Assembly: GCA_038890745.1 (NCBI GenBank)
Contig: JAWAFD010000001.1
Coordinates: forward strand, 253,880 to 317,879
Source of the DNA: Candidatus Anstonellales archaeon
GTDB lineage: Archaea > Micrarchaeota > Micrarchaeia > Anstonellales > J096
DNA length: 64,000 bases
Reading direction: 5' to 3'
Positions 1-9,653 of this stretch are shown here, piece by piece (the first letter of the stretch is position 1; each line of letters starts with the position of its first letter). The notes under the pieces were generated by a model. The model was given only the letters and a program-made list of their open reading frames with translations, had not been told where the DNA came from and ran no database searches. A program made the position numbers and the translations under genes.

Positions 1-391
1 ATTCAACAATTATGATTGAGGCATGCGCTTCATCAACAACAAAACCCCTCTCTCTTTTCTCAAATCTTAAACATAAAAGCTGGGAGCTTATCCCAATCTC
101 ATCCAACAAAGCATATGTAAACCTTGAGTATTCTAAACAATTTAGTTTTATAATTTGCTTATTTTCTATTGCATTGCATATCTGGAAATTTGAATAAGGA
201 GTTCTTGGGTTTGATCCGTTGTATGATTTGATGAATTTGTTTTCTATTATGAAGCTATAAACAAACTTTGCTTTATCCTTCTCTGTGCTAACATGGCCCC
301 AGTCAGTTTTTAGTCTTAAATCTATTGCAAGCTGTTGTCTTATTCCATCAGTTATCCCAAGAATACCATAATCTGGTATTTTCTTATTTTC
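1..391 (-). pseudogene. Transglutaminase-like protein fragment, probably frameshifted; continues beyond left window edge
   Basis: Manual minus-strand translation gives an open frame ...LNCLEYSRFTYALLDEIGISSQLL...EAHASII, resembling the C-x-[DE]-Y...LL..GI...HA transglutaminase core. No ATG after the in-frame stop at 392-394; an upstream frame (…EKELGIGEIIPK) could join via a frameshift. Confidence 0.4.
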
Positions 392-463
392 TTAGGTATT
401 ATCTCACCTATACCGAGCTCTTTCTCTAGTTTTGGCTCCTGTATTTGGATTTGTCCGGGGCAG

Positions 464-985
464 TCACGTTCTTTTGGAGTTGATTTTTTTTCTTATAAGT
501 TTTGTTCGTTGGTTCAGTCTTGCGAAGTCACGCTCTACAAGTTTCTTAACTTTCCCAATAACATTTTTTATTCTTTTCCAATGTCCTCCTTCCCAATAAA
601 CCTGTCCGCATCTTTTACATACCCAGAACTCCTTAATTTTTTCAAGCACCTTTCTAGGAACCCTATGCTTAACCTCTTCTTTTTTAGCTTTTTTCAACTC
701 TCCATTACAGAGCGCGCATCTCGTCTCCCTTATCTTTAAACTCAACCTAAAATGTTTGACAATATCAGCCATTTTTTCATAAAAATTTTTTCCCTTCACA
801 ACATATATCCTAACCTCTTTGCTCTTCATCTTTTCATCGCGCGTTAGGATAACCCTACCCTCTTCTAATGCTTTCCTCACTATCTCTTCATCCTTAACTT
901 TTTTCACATAGGCGGCGTCGTACCCAAGGATGCGAAGCCATCTTGCAACATCGCCCAGCATTTCGTCAACAAGGAATTTTGGCAT
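464..985 (-). CDS. Mut7-C RNase (PIN-like, DUF82) domain protein with Zn ribbon
   Basis: KFLVDEMLGDVARWLRILGYD, LTRD, RCALCNG, CKRCGQVYWEGGH motifs. Confidence 0.9.
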   Translation of the reverse strand: MPKFLVDEMLGDVARWLRILGYDAAYVKKVKDEEIVRKALEEGRVILTRDEKMKSKEVRIYVVKGKNFYEKMADIVKHFRLSLKIRETRCALCNGELKKAKKEEVKHRVPRKVLEKIKEFWVCKRCGQVYWEGGHWKRIKNVIGKVKKLVERDFARLNQRTKLIRKKINSKRT

Positions 986-1026
986 GAAGACTATTTATCT
1001 AACAAAATTATAAAACTAACTAAACA

Positions 1027-1338
1027 TCAGCCTAAAATTATTTTCACAAAAACATCATCCGGAACCTTTATCCTCAAAATCTGTCTTAAATTCTTCTCGT
1101 CCCCCTCTATCTCAACTATTCTTCTGCTTATTCTTTTCTCCCATCTTTCGTAAGTATCCGAGCCATCCCCGCATGGGGTCCTCCTAGTAGCGATCAAAAG
1201 TTTTTTTCTTGGCATGGGGATTGGACCCTTTATTTTCATATCAAGTGTTTTTGCAATTTGTTTTATCTGGTCTATTACATAGTTTATGCTCTCTGGTTTT
1301 TCAGCTTCCAAACGGATCCGAGCCTTCGCCCTTGTCAT
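1027..1338 (-). CDS. rps10: 30S ribosomal protein S10 (uS10)
   Basis: GPIPMP…TRRTPCGDGSDTYERWEKRI; follows EF-1alpha as usual in archaea. Confidence 0.97.
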   Translation of the reverse strand: MTRAKARIRLEAEKPESINYVIDQIKQIAKTLDMKIKGPIPMPRKKLLIATRRTPCGDGSDTYERWEKRISRRIVEIEGDEKNLRQILRIKVPDDVFVKIILG

Positions 1339-1378
1339 CCCTTTTCACTCCTCCAAAATAATAAACAAAAAGAAAAAA

Positions 1379-2647
1379 TTACGCAGATTTTGGCTTTACG
1401 TCAAGCACAATCCCTGCCGCGATGGTCATACCCATGTCCCTGATTGCAAACCTTCCGAGCGGCGGGAAGTCTTGGAATTTTTCCACAACTACTGGTTTCA
1501 CGGGTTTTATTTTTACAACCCCAACATCCCCGGTTTTTAGGTAGTTCGGCTTTCCTTCGCTCTGGCCCGTTTTCGGGTCTTTCTTTTCCACAAGTTCAAC
1601 AATCTTTCCTGCAAACTGCGCGGTGTGGATATGGAAGACCGGTGTATATCCGACCGTAATCGCGGTTGGGTGGTTTAGCACAACAATCTGCGCTGTGAAC
1701 TCTTCAGCAACCTTCGGTGGGTTGTCTGGGTGGCCTATTACATCCCCTCTGTTAATATCTTTTCTTTCAACCCCTTTTACGTTGAATCCTACATTGTCCC
1801 CCGGAACCGCTTCTGGAATTTCCTGGTGGTGCATTTCTATTCTCTTTACTTCTCCCTTTGCACCAGATGGCATGAAAACAACAGTTTCACCAGGCTTGAG
1901 CTTTCCAGTCTCAACCCTTCCAACCGGAACTGTTCCGTGGCCTGTGATCGTAAACACATCTTGGATGGGCAGCCTCAGCGGTTTATCGATTGGTTTTGGA
2001 GGAACCTTCAGCGTGTCCAAAGCCTCGAAAAGCGTTGGTCCTTTGTAATATGGAGTTTTATCGCTCTTTTTTACGAGGTTGTCTCCGTAGTATGAAGAAG
2101 CTGGGATTATGGGTATGTTCTCAACTTTATACCCTATTCCCTTTAGAAGGTTTTCAACCTCTGCTTTTACTTTTTTATAATCTTCTTCTTTGTAATCAAC
2201 CGCGTCCATCTTTGAGAGAAGCACTATCAGCTGGTCTATTCCAAGAACCTTTGCAAGGAATGCGTGCTCTTTTGTCTGAGCCTGAACCCCATCCTTTGCG
2301 GAAACTACAAGAACAGCCGCATCCGCCTGGCTTGCACCGGTGATCATGTTTTTTACAAAGTCCCTGTGCCCCGGAGCATCTATGATTGTAAAGTGGTATT
2401 TTGGGGTTTCAAACTCTTGATGGCTGACATCTATCGTCAGACCCCTCTCCCTTTCCTCCTTCATGGTGTCCATTACGTACGCAAACTCGAAAGTTGGCTT
2501 TCCTAACTTTTCTGCCTCTTCTTTTAGTTTTCTTATTACATTATCCGGTACCTTGCCTGTTTCGTAAAGCACTCTTCCCACTGTAGTTGACTTTCCCGCA
2601 TCGACATGTCCTATAAAGACAATGTTTATATGCTCTTTTTTTGCCAT
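1379..2647 (-). CDS. tuf: Translation elongation factor EF-1alpha
   Basis: [49 protein letters not shown]. Confidence 0.99.
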   Translation of the reverse strand: MAKKEHINIVFIGHVDAGKSTTVGRVLYETGKVPDNVIRKLKEEAEKLGKPTFEFAYVMDTMKEERERGLTIDVSHQEFETPKYHFTIIDAPGHRDFVKNMITGASQADAAVLVVSAKDGVQAQTKEHAFLAKVLGIDQLIVLLSKMDAVDYKEEDYKKVKAEVENLLKGIGYKVENIPIIPASSYYGDNLVKKSDKTPYYKGPTLFEALDTLKVPPKPIDKPLRLPIQDVFTITGHGTVPVGRVETGKLKPGETVVFMPSGAKGEVKRIEMHHQEIPEAVPGDNVGFNVKGVERKDINRGDVIGHPDNPPKVAEEFTAQIVVLNHPTAITVGYTPVFHIHTAQFAGKIVELVEKKDPKTGQSEGKPNYLKTGDVGVVKIKPVKPVVVEKFQDFPPLGRFAIRDMGMTIAAGIVLDVKPKSA

Positions 2648-2852
2648 ACCATCACCCCATAAATTTTTTGCTCAGAATCTATGAACTTATACACCTATCC
2701 TTTTTTAAATGTTTTCCCATCCCCTCTCGGCATATACTTCGAGATGTGGTGAGGTGGTAAGCGCAAGGCTCCACCCCACCCCCCATTTATTCCCTAAGGG
2801 AAAGAGCAGATAGTAGGAAATGTTTTTATAACTTTTGTTGCTCCATTTTTCT

Positions 2853-3962
2853 ATGAAGAAAGTTTTTCTCCCATTTTTCATTTTCCTCCTATTTTTCCTT
2901 GCCTGCGTGGAAAAAGAGTCCCTTCAACCCGTCGCTGAACCCGCATCAAAAATAACTTTCGAAACATACATTCCAGCGTATGTTCCGGATGACAATTTTT
3001 GGATTGAGCAGGCCAAATACAACAACAATTTCGAGATATGTAAAAAGGTAAGCGAGGAAAACAGGTCTGAATGTTATTCCTTGTTTGCGTACGAGGATTT
3101 GGACGCGTGCGTTCTCCTCCGTCCCCCGGAGGAAGACGACTGTCTTTTTCACCATGCAACAACCCTTTCAAAATGGGAGCTCTGTTCTGCGATTCAGAAC
3201 GCAACGCTTAGGGCGGTATGCGACCAGCTGCTAGGGCCATGTTCCACTCTCTACGGAGCAGAAAAATCCAGATGCCTTGCCTTCTACTACAACGACTCTT
3301 CATACTGCGAGGATGAAAACTGCTTGTTTGATTATGCAATAGTGTTCAAAGATCCATCCATTTGCAGCGCGATTTCAAGACCGGATTTGAATGCAGCATG
3401 CAAAACATATCTTTTGAACAAGGATTATTGCAAGGAGGTTCAAGCAAACAATGCGGATTTCTGCTACTATTTTGTTGCGACGCATAAAAACCAACTTCAT
3501 CTCTGCTCAAAGATATATTCAAACTACTACCGCTTAGAATGCGCAGTGTACAAAGCCGTGTATGAAAGAAACCCATCCGCATGCTCTCTTATGGAGTACA
3601 ACACAGCATACTATACCTGTCTTAGGAGATATGCGATGGAAATGAACGATGTAACCGGTTGCCTTATGATAGATTATCGCGCACCTTCTCATAACGGCTG
3701 TTTGTATGAACTCGCGGAAAAATACCGCAACCCGGCGTACTGCGTTAACATTACAGATTCAAACATGAAAACAAACTGCTATCTCATGACCATGGGGATA
3801 GAAAATATCACATACTCTCTTTCAGATTGCATGAAAATAGACCATGAGGTTTGGAGAGAAAAATGCATTCTTAGGCTTGCTCAACATAATAAGGATTCTT
3901 CTCTTTGCAAATATTTAACATATTACTATGTGTCCTGCATGGCCTCTGTTTCCGGCGGATAA
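2853..3962 (+). CDS. Secreted or lipid-anchored Cys-rich repeat surface protein
   Basis: Basic N-terminus, hydrophobic stretch, LAC lipobox-like motif, then about 12 repeats of C..I……R..CY..LA….D…C; start moved to ATG 2853. Confidence 0.75.
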   Translation: MKKVFLPFFIFLLFFLACVEKESLQPVAEPASKITFETYIPAYVPDDNFWIEQAKYNNNFEICKKVSEENRSECYSLFAYEDLDACVLLRPPEEDDCLFHHATTLSKWELCSAIQNATLRAVCDQLLGPCSTLYGAEKSRCLAFYYNDSSYCEDENCLFDYAIVFKDPSICSAISRPDLNAACKTYLLNKDYCKEVQANNADFCYYFVATHKNQLHLCSKIYSNYYRLECAVYKAVYERNPSACSLMEYNTAYYTCLRRYAMEMNDVTGCLMIDYRAPSHNGCLYELAEKYRNPAYCVNITDSNMKTNCYLMTMGIENITYSLSDCMKIDHEVWREKCILRLAQHNKDSSLCKYLTYYYVSCMASVSGG

Positions 3963-4589
3963 CTATTCCCCTTCCTCTTCAATTTCGATTTTTTCGAAGT
4001 GGCTTAACGGATATTTAAACTCACTGTAATTTTTTATGGTTCCGTTTTTTACCATCATCTCACGTGTGAGCAGCCAGAAAAACAACGCCAAGGATTTTCT
4101 TCCCTTGTTGTTCATAGGGATTATAAAATCAACAAATTCGCTTGTGTTATCTGTATCCACCAATGCAATTACCGGAATATTCATCATCTTTGCTTCTCTC
4201 AGTGCCTCCCTTTCCCCTTTCGGGTCGCACACAACAATAATTTTTGGTTCTCTGAAGCTCTGCGAGTTTATATTGGTAAAAGTTCCCGGGTGGAACCTTC
4301 TGGTTATAACATCAAAACCTACGAGCTCCTTTGCTTTCAGCGCAGAGTTTCCTGAATACGTTCTTGTTGCAACAACACTTACCTCCTCTGGTTTGTAGTT
4401 TTTCAAAAGGTTGAATGCAAGCCTGAGCCTCTCATCTATCATCTTTAAATCTATTATGTATATCCCATCCTTTCTTTTCTTAAAAACAAACCTTTTCATG
4501 TCTCCTGTTCTTACCTTTGTACCTATATGCACGCCCGCTTCAAGATATTTATCCGGGCTCACAAGCATTCCTTCTTCTTCCTCAGCCAT
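3963..4589 (-). CDS. rps2: 30S ribosomal protein S2 (uS2)
   Basis: YLEAGVHIGTK, PGTFTN, IPVIALVDTDN, IIPMNNKGRKSLAL; start set at MAEEEEG (GGAGG upstream) because the longer ORF runs through tRNA-Pro. Confidence 0.97.
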   Translation of the reverse strand: MAEEEEGMLVSPDKYLEAGVHIGTKVRTGDMKRFVFKKRKDGIYIIDLKMIDERLRLAFNLLKNYKPEEVSVVATRTYSGNSALKAKELVGFDVITRRFHPGTFTNINSQSFREPKIIVVCDPKGEREALREAKMMNIPVIALVDTDNTSEFVDFIIPMNNKGRKSLALFFWLLTREMMVKNGTIKNYSEFKYPLSHFEKIEIEEEGE

Positions 4590-4607
4590 CATCATCCTCC
4601 TCTTTTT

Positions 4608-4701
4608 TGGGGCCGCCGAGATTTGAATTTCCGTGCTTTTACAAGCATCTCGGATAACAGGCACCCCAAGCCTGCAGGATACCAGGTTACCTCACGGCCC
4701 C
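4608..4701 (-). tRNA. tRNA-Pro(GGG) with 21-nt intron at position 53/54 (4628-4648)
   Basis: Minus strand: GGGGCCG acceptor/CGGCCCC-A, anticodon arm CAGGC-TTGGGGT-GCCTG, T-stem CCGAG/CTCGG interrupted by ATGCTTGTAAAAGCACGGAAA before TTCAAAT; usual position between rpoN and rps2. Confidence 0.92.
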
Positions 4702-4708
4702 TTGAGCA

Positions 4709-4906
4709 TCACATCTTTCTGTACTTTATTACTTCATCCTCCAGCTCCACATGGGTTATGAACATCCTCCTGCAGCAGTATCTGCTTATTCCAAGCTCGT
4801 CCATCGCCTCCTTTGGGCTTTTCCCATCTGCGACAAGTTTTTTGTACTGCTCGTACATATGCCCTATAATCTTCCCGCATGTGAAACATCTTACTGGAAA
4901 CTCCAT
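4709..4906 (-). CDS. rpoN: DNA-directed RNA polymerase subunit N (Rpo10)
   Basis: PVRCFTCGK…LGISRYCCRRMFITH. Confidence 0.98.
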   Translation of the reverse strand: MEFPVRCFTCGKIIGHMYEQYKKLVADGKSPKEAMDELGISRYCCRRMFITHVELEDEVIKYRKM

Positions 4907-4915
4907 TCTATCTCC

Positions 4916-5422
4916 TCACCTATAAGATTTTTGATACCTTGCCCTTGCCTTGGGCCCTTTGTATTTCTTCGGTTCTACCTGCCTTACATCATCAACTACA
5001 AGATGCTTATCAAGCTCGAAGTATTTTTCCCTTAGCTTTTCATCCTCAAAATACTCCACAAGCCCCTTTGCGATCGCAGTTCTCGCTGCCTGCATCTGAC
5101 CCATCACTCCCCCGCCCCTCACGCTAACATCTACATCAACCTTTGTTGCCCTCTCTCCTATGAGCGCGAACGGTTCCATTAATATTTCCTTTATATACCT
5201 ATTGTCTATCGCGTTTATATCCATCCTGTTTATCCTTATTCTTCCCTTCCCTTCGCGCACAACCGCCCTTGCAACCGCTGTTTTTCTCGTTCCCCTCTTT
5301 ATAATCGCTTTAATTTCTCTTGCCTTCCTTCTTTTCACCTTCTGTTCGCTTGTTTTTTTCTGCGTGGGTTGTTTTTTTGTTTTCTTTTCCATATTTTTTG
5401 TCTTTTCTGCTTCCTCAGCCAT
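4916..5422 (-). CDS. rps9: 30S ribosomal protein S9 (uS9) with Lys-rich N-extension
   Basis: GTRKTAVARA, VRGGGVMGQ, EPKKYKGPKARARYQKSYR. Confidence 0.97.
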   Translation of the reverse strand: MAEEAEKTKNMEKKTKKQPTQKKTSEQKVKRRKAREIKAIIKRGTRKTAVARAVVREGKGRIRINRMDINAIDNRYIKEILMEPFALIGERATKVDVDVSVRGGGVMGQMQAARTAIAKGLVEYFEDEKLREKYFELDKHLVVDDVRQVEPKKYKGPKARARYQKSYR

Positions 5423-5423
5423 C

Positions 5424-5831
5424 CTACCCCCTCCATCCCAGCTCCTTGCACAGCTCACCAACGGTTATCTTCTTCGCAAGCTCTTTTGTTTCCATCTTTT
5501 CAGCCTTGTCAAAGTTTTTTGGATTTCCTATATAAACACGAAGTTTTTTGAATGCATTCCTCCCCTTCGCTTTTTTCCTCGGTAGCATTCCCCTTATTAC
5601 CCTTCTCACCAACAGGTTCGGGACCTTTGGCCATTTAGGGCTCTTCTCTGGATTCTGCTTGCTTTTCAGCCTCCTTCTTACCCTATACCTTTCAACTATC
5701 TGATTTTTGTTTCCAGAGATAATTATCTTTTCAGCATTTATCACATGAACCTCTTCATTGTTTATGAGATGCTTCGCAACCTTTGCAGCCATCCTTCCCA
5801 AAACAGCCCCGTCCCCATCGATTACTATCAT
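5424..5831 (-). CDS. rpl13: 50S ribosomal protein L13 (uL13)
   Basis: MIVIDGDGAVLGRMAAKVAK, RGMLP, KLRVYIGNP. Confidence 0.97.
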   Translation of the reverse strand: MIVIDGDGAVLGRMAAKVAKHLINNEEVHVINAEKIIISGNKNQIVERYRVRRRLKSKQNPEKSPKWPKVPNLLVRRVIRGMLPRKKAKGRNAFKKLRVYIGNPKNFDKAEKMETKELAKKITVGELCKELGWRG

Positions 5832-5841
5832 TTTTTGCACC

Positions 5842-6195
5842 TCATATAACAATCATCGCGTCCTTTGCCTCCTTATTTTTCTTATAATACTCCTCAATCT
5901 CTACACATTTCGCTCCGGCGCTTTCAATCATTCTTCTTGCACTCTCGCTGAAATTGAACGCAACAACATTAACCTTTTTTGTCAGTCTTCCGTTTCCGAG
6001 TACCTTTCCGGGTACGACAACCGTATCTCCTTCTTTTGCAAGCTTTTCTATTTTGCTAATATTCACCTCAACCCTTCTCCTCTTTGGTTTTGCAAGAAGT
6101 TCAGCAACCCTTCTCCAGAATGGCTTCTGCTCCTTCCTAAGCGTATCCAGTATGCTCAGCAATCTCTCGTTTTCAGCGTTTGTTTTTATTTTCAT
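5842..6195 (-). CDS. rpl18e: 50S ribosomal protein L18e (eL18)
   Basis: VNISKI, VVVPGKVLGNG, FNFSESARRMIESAG. Confidence 0.96.
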   Translation of the reverse strand: MKIKTNAENERLLSILDTLRKEQKPFWRRVAELLAKPKRRRVEVNISKIEKLAKEGDTVVVPGKVLGNGRLTKKVNVVAFNFSESARRMIESAGAKCVEIEEYYKKNKEAKDAMIVI

Positions 6196-6290
6196 TTTTT
6201 CGCCCCTATTCGCTGTTTCCAGCTCGCCCCTTCTTCAGGGACTTGAAGGAGAAATAGTATTCTTACGGAGAAAGGTTTTTATAATTATGC

Positions 6291-7226
6291 TCATACCATC
6301 CTTACTTTTTTCCCACCCCAAACATCCCTCTCAAATCTTAATCCATACTTTCCTTTATGATAAACCGCTGGCTCAAGCGCCATTACGCTTCCCTTTATTT
6401 TATCCTTTGATTTTTCCTTCAGCCTTGGGAACTCATGCACCTCCAAACCTATTCCATGACCAACAGAGTGTGGCATTTTTTTCAGTTCTAATTTTTCAAA
6501 AATCCTCAGATATAGTTTATGCACATCTCCTCCGGTTTCGCACTCATTCAAACCATCAACAATTTCATGGAACGCATTCTCCAACCTTTCGTACTCCTCT
6601 TTTGCTTTTTTATTTCCAAAAAAGAAAACCTGAGAAATGTCTGAGCAATAATGTTCATGCTTTACCCCAAAATCAATCAGCAATATTTCTTTCAGTTTTC
6701 TATCCCCAACCCTTGCATGCGGGATTGCAGAGTTTTCATCCACAGCAACGATGGGCTCAAACGCCAACTCAACCCCTCTCTCAACCGCTTTCATTTTCAG
6801 CATTTTTTCTATCTCCCTCTCACTCATCCCTTTTCTTACCTCCGCTCCAGTTTCAAAAATAATCCCGCTCGCAATTTTCACAGCCTTTCTTATTTTTTCA
6901 ACCTCCCACCCTTTCTTCAGCATTCTCATTCTGAAAAGCTCTTCGCTTACATTCCTTACCCTCCTCGCATTCTTCTCAATTCTCATGCAAAAATAGGCGC
7001 TCATGTTTTTTGCATCCAGCTCTATGTTCTTTCCTTTCACGAGTTTTTCAAATTTTTTCCACTCAAAGATCTTCCTTTTTCCGCTAAGCTTATCGTAAAA
7101 TATCTCTTTCTTTCCGTTATTGTGGATTACAAGAACCCCGGGCACCTCATCTTTTGTAATATAATAATAGTTTGGGTTGAAATGCTCAAGGGAAGAAATA
7201 ACTTTCATGGGGAATGCTTTACGCAT
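6291..7226 (-). CDS. Xaa-Pro aminopeptidase (M24 family)
   Basis: AIPH, LIDFG…YCSDI, HSVGHGIGLEVHEFP, LEPAVY, GLRFE metal ligands. Confidence 0.9.
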   Translation of the reverse strand: MRKAFPMKVISSLEHFNPNYYYITKDEVPGVLVIHNNGKKEIFYDKLSGKRKIFEWKKFEKLVKGKNIELDAKNMSAYFCMRIEKNARRVRNVSEELFRMRMLKKGWEVEKIRKAVKIASGIIFETGAEVRKGMSEREIEKMLKMKAVERGVELAFEPIVAVDENSAIPHARVGDRKLKEILLIDFGVKHEHYCSDISQVFFFGNKKAKEEYERLENAFHEIVDGLNECETGGDVHKLYLRIFEKLELKKMPHSVGHGIGLEVHEFPRLKEKSKDKIKGSVMALEPAVYHKGKYGLRFERDVWGGKKVRMV

Positions 7227-7341
7227 AATCCTTTAAAATACTGCTCCATCTTTTTGTCCTTCAATTATTAGCCTATAACTTATCCCTACATTTTTATTTA
7301 AAAAAGTAAAATTTATAAATATGTAGTGGTAAGAATTATGC

Positions 7342-8244
7342 ATGGTGACTATTAAAAAAAGAATTATTGGGAAGCAAACATATTATTACCTAGAGCATAC
7401 CCTGAGAAAAAATGGCAAGGTGGAAAAGAAAGAAAAATACATTGGAAAGGTTATACCGAATAATGTTCAGGACATGAAGAAAGAGTTTCTTTCTGAAATT
7501 TATAAGGAAAAATGGTACCCATTATTCTATAGAATAAAAGAAAACTTTTCTAAAGAAATAAGACGAATGCCGAGCTTTGCTGCAGAAAAAGAAACCGAAA
7601 CATTTGCAATTAAATTTACTTATGATACGCAGAGAATAGAGGGTTCAAAACTAACGCTGAAGGAAACTGCGGATTTACTTGAGAGAGGGATTACACCAGC
7701 AGCAAAACCAATCCAGGACGTTAAGGAAGCGGAGGCGCACAAAAAGATTTTTTATGAAATGTTAAAATACAAAAAAGACCTCTCTCTGCAGATTGTTTTG
7801 TACTGGCACAAAAAGCTTTTTGAGCTGTCCAAGCCAGATATAGCCGGAAAAATAAGAAATTATCAAGTAAAAATTTCTGGTAGCAGGTTTGTTCCGCCCC
7901 TTCCTGCAGAGGTCTACCCCTTGTTAAGAGAGTTTTTTAGATGGTATAACAAAAATAAAAGTAAACTACATCCAGTTGAGCTGGCAGCGCTGGTGCATTT
8001 GAAATTTGTAACCATTCACCCGTTTGCAGATGGCAATGGTAGGATATCTAGATTACTAATGAACTTTGTCTTGAAGAAGCATGGCTACCCGATGCTTACC
8101 ATTCCTTATGAAAAAAGAACAAGTTATTACAACGCGCTTGAAAGGTCTCAGATTAAAAAGATGGATAATATCTTCTTACAATGGTTTTTCAGGAGGTATG
8201 TTAAGGAATTTGAGAGGTATCTCAAAGCCGGAGGTAAGCCCTGA
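7342..8244 (+). CDS. Fic family protein (AMPylase)
   Basis: Canonical HPFADGNGRISR motif; TQRIEGS inhibitory-motif-like segment. Confidence 0.93.
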   Translation: MVTIKKRIIGKQTYYYLEHTLRKNGKVEKKEKYIGKVIPNNVQDMKKEFLSEIYKEKWYPLFYRIKENFSKEIRRMPSFAAEKETETFAIKFTYDTQRIEGSKLTLKETADLLERGITPAAKPIQDVKEAEAHKKIFYEMLKYKKDLSLQIVLYWHKKLFELSKPDIAGKIRNYQVKISGSRFVPPLPAEVYPLLREFFRWYNKNKSKLHPVELAALVHLKFVTIHPFADGNGRISRLLMNFVLKKHGYPMLTIPYEKRTSYYNALERSQIKKMDNIFLQWFFRRYVKEFERYLKAGGKP

Positions 8245-8284
8245 AAAGGAAAAACATTTAAAACTTATTTTATGAAAAAAAACC

Positions 8285-8614
8285 ATGCGCCCCCTTTCGA
8301 TGCTAGTCAACGTAGCAACTGTTTTGCTTGTGCTTTTTCTCATTCTTGAGTTTTTTTATGAAATAACATTGGCCAAGGAGATAATATTTGCTTTGAGCGT
8401 GCTCATTCTTGTTGATTTGGTTGCGAGATTTTATGCCGCGAAGAACAAGCTGTCATTTTTAAAGTTAAACTTTTTTGAGATTCTATCCTTTCTTCCATTT
8501 CTAGAGGGATTGAGGATGCTGAGGATAGAGTCAACTATTTTGAGGCTAGCCAGACCTGTTATGAACATAGTCAACATACTATCGAGCCTTTCCAGCTTGA
8601 GGTGGATGAAATGA
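8285..8614 (+). CDS. Small membrane protein resembling an isolated voltage-sensor (S1-S4) domain
   Basis: Four helices: S2-like DLVARF, S3-like NFFEILSFLPF, S4-like LRMLRI…LRLARP; no pore segment. Confidence 0.6.
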   Translation: MRPLSMLVNVATVLLVLFLILEFFYEITLAKEIIFALSVLILVDLVARFYAAKNKLSFLKLNFFEILSFLPFLEGLRMLRIESTILRLARPVMNIVNILSSLSSLRWMK

Positions 8615-9600
8615 GGATAGTCCTGGACCCAGAGGTTTTTTCTCAGGATTTCATGCCCCCGGCTATTCTTCACAGGGAAACACAGATAAACTCGCTTAAA
8701 CTTCTGTTTTCAAAAGGAACTGCAAACGCACTTCTCTATGGCCCTCCGGGAACAGGAAAGACAACAGTTGCAAAATATACTGCAGAACAGCTTTCAGAAG
8801 TTAAGAAACTCTCAAAACTATACATAAACTGCTGGCACCTTTCCACAAAATCGGCAATCTTTAGTTATATAAACACTCAATTTGGAATCATCTCTCCTAG
8901 AAGAGGGGTGAGCAAGGAGGAGCAGTTCGAATGTTTTGTCCAGCAGTTCCCAAAAACCCGGGAGGTTTTTTTCATTCTTGATGAGGTTGATGCTATTAAG
9001 GATGGAGCGCTTTATGATATGCTTAGGTTGAAGGAGGTATATTCCTTGAAGGCGAGCGTTGTTGGAATAACAAACGTTCCGAATTTTCTTTCAAGGCTTG
9101 ATGCCCGTGCAAGAAGCTCCTTTTCCTCAGCAATAGAATTCCCTCCCTACAAACCCAATGAGTTGAAGGATATACTTAAGGAGAGGGCCATTACCGGGCT
9201 TATGCCGAACACCTGGGATGAGGATGTGATAGCAAAATGCGCCGGCTTCGCCGCAAAATACGGAGATGCAAGGATCGGTATTTCCCTTCTCTACAATTCC
9301 GCTCTTATTGCAGAAGAGGAGGAGGAAAGAATAAAGATTCAGCATGTTGAGAAAGCGAAGAGCAGAACGATTGTTCATTTAGTAGAAGCTGAGAAGCAGC
9401 AGCTTGGGGAGAATGAGAAAAAGATTCTCACCCTCGTAGAAAGCGCTGGAGCGATTTCAGTTTCAGAACTCTACCCAAAAGTAAGAGGGATAAGCGAAAG
9501 AACCGTACGGGAAATTTTGGATTTGCTTGAGGGAAAGGGGTTTATAGTTATTGAGAATGTAGAAGGAAAAAGAGTAGTGAGGGTAAGGTTTAAGGTTTGA
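8611..9600 (+). CDS. cdc6: Orc1/Cdc6 family replication initiator
   Basis: FMPPAILHRE, GPPGTGKT, YINC, ILDEVD, FPPY, GDARIGI, C-terminal wHTH. Confidence 0.9.
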   Translation: MRIVLDPEVFSQDFMPPAILHRETQINSLKLLFSKGTANALLYGPPGTGKTTVAKYTAEQLSEVKKLSKLYINCWHLSTKSAIFSYINTQFGIISPRRGVSKEEQFECFVQQFPKTREVFFILDEVDAIKDGALYDMLRLKEVYSLKASVVGITNVPNFLSRLDARARSSFSSAIEFPPYKPNELKDILKERAITGLMPNTWDEDVIAKCAGFAAKYGDARIGISLLYNSALIAEEEEERIKIQHVEKAKSRTIVHLVEAEKQQLGENEKKILTLVESAGAISVSELYPKVRGISERTVREILDLLEGKGFIVIENVEGKRVVRVRFKV

Positions 9601-9653
9601 AAAGAGCAGGCAACAAAAACCATTTTAAACCCTTCCCTATAGAAATTCTATTA

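Noticed and set aside
14..45. DEAH helicase motif (VVDEAH) on the minus strand
   Set aside because: No Walker A upstream in frame; the context fits a transglutaminase-like Cys…His core better.
2716..2775. Permuted or split tRNA piece (TCCCCTCTCGGCA resembles a tRNA 3' end)
   Set aside because: No T-loop, D-arm or anticodon arm could be assembled on either strand.
5954..6862. Long antisense ORFs (also 10955-11785, 37648-38427, 40633-41412, 52039-52956)
   Set aside because: Phe/Ser-rich shadows of Lys/Glu-rich genes on the opposite strand.
7342..8244. Fic gene as part of an integrated mobile element
   Set aside because: It looks AT-richer than its neighbours, but no integrase, att repeats or partner genes flank it.
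8245..8610. Replication origin next to cdc6
   Set aside because: No sizeable intergenic region or repeated ORB-like elements seen.
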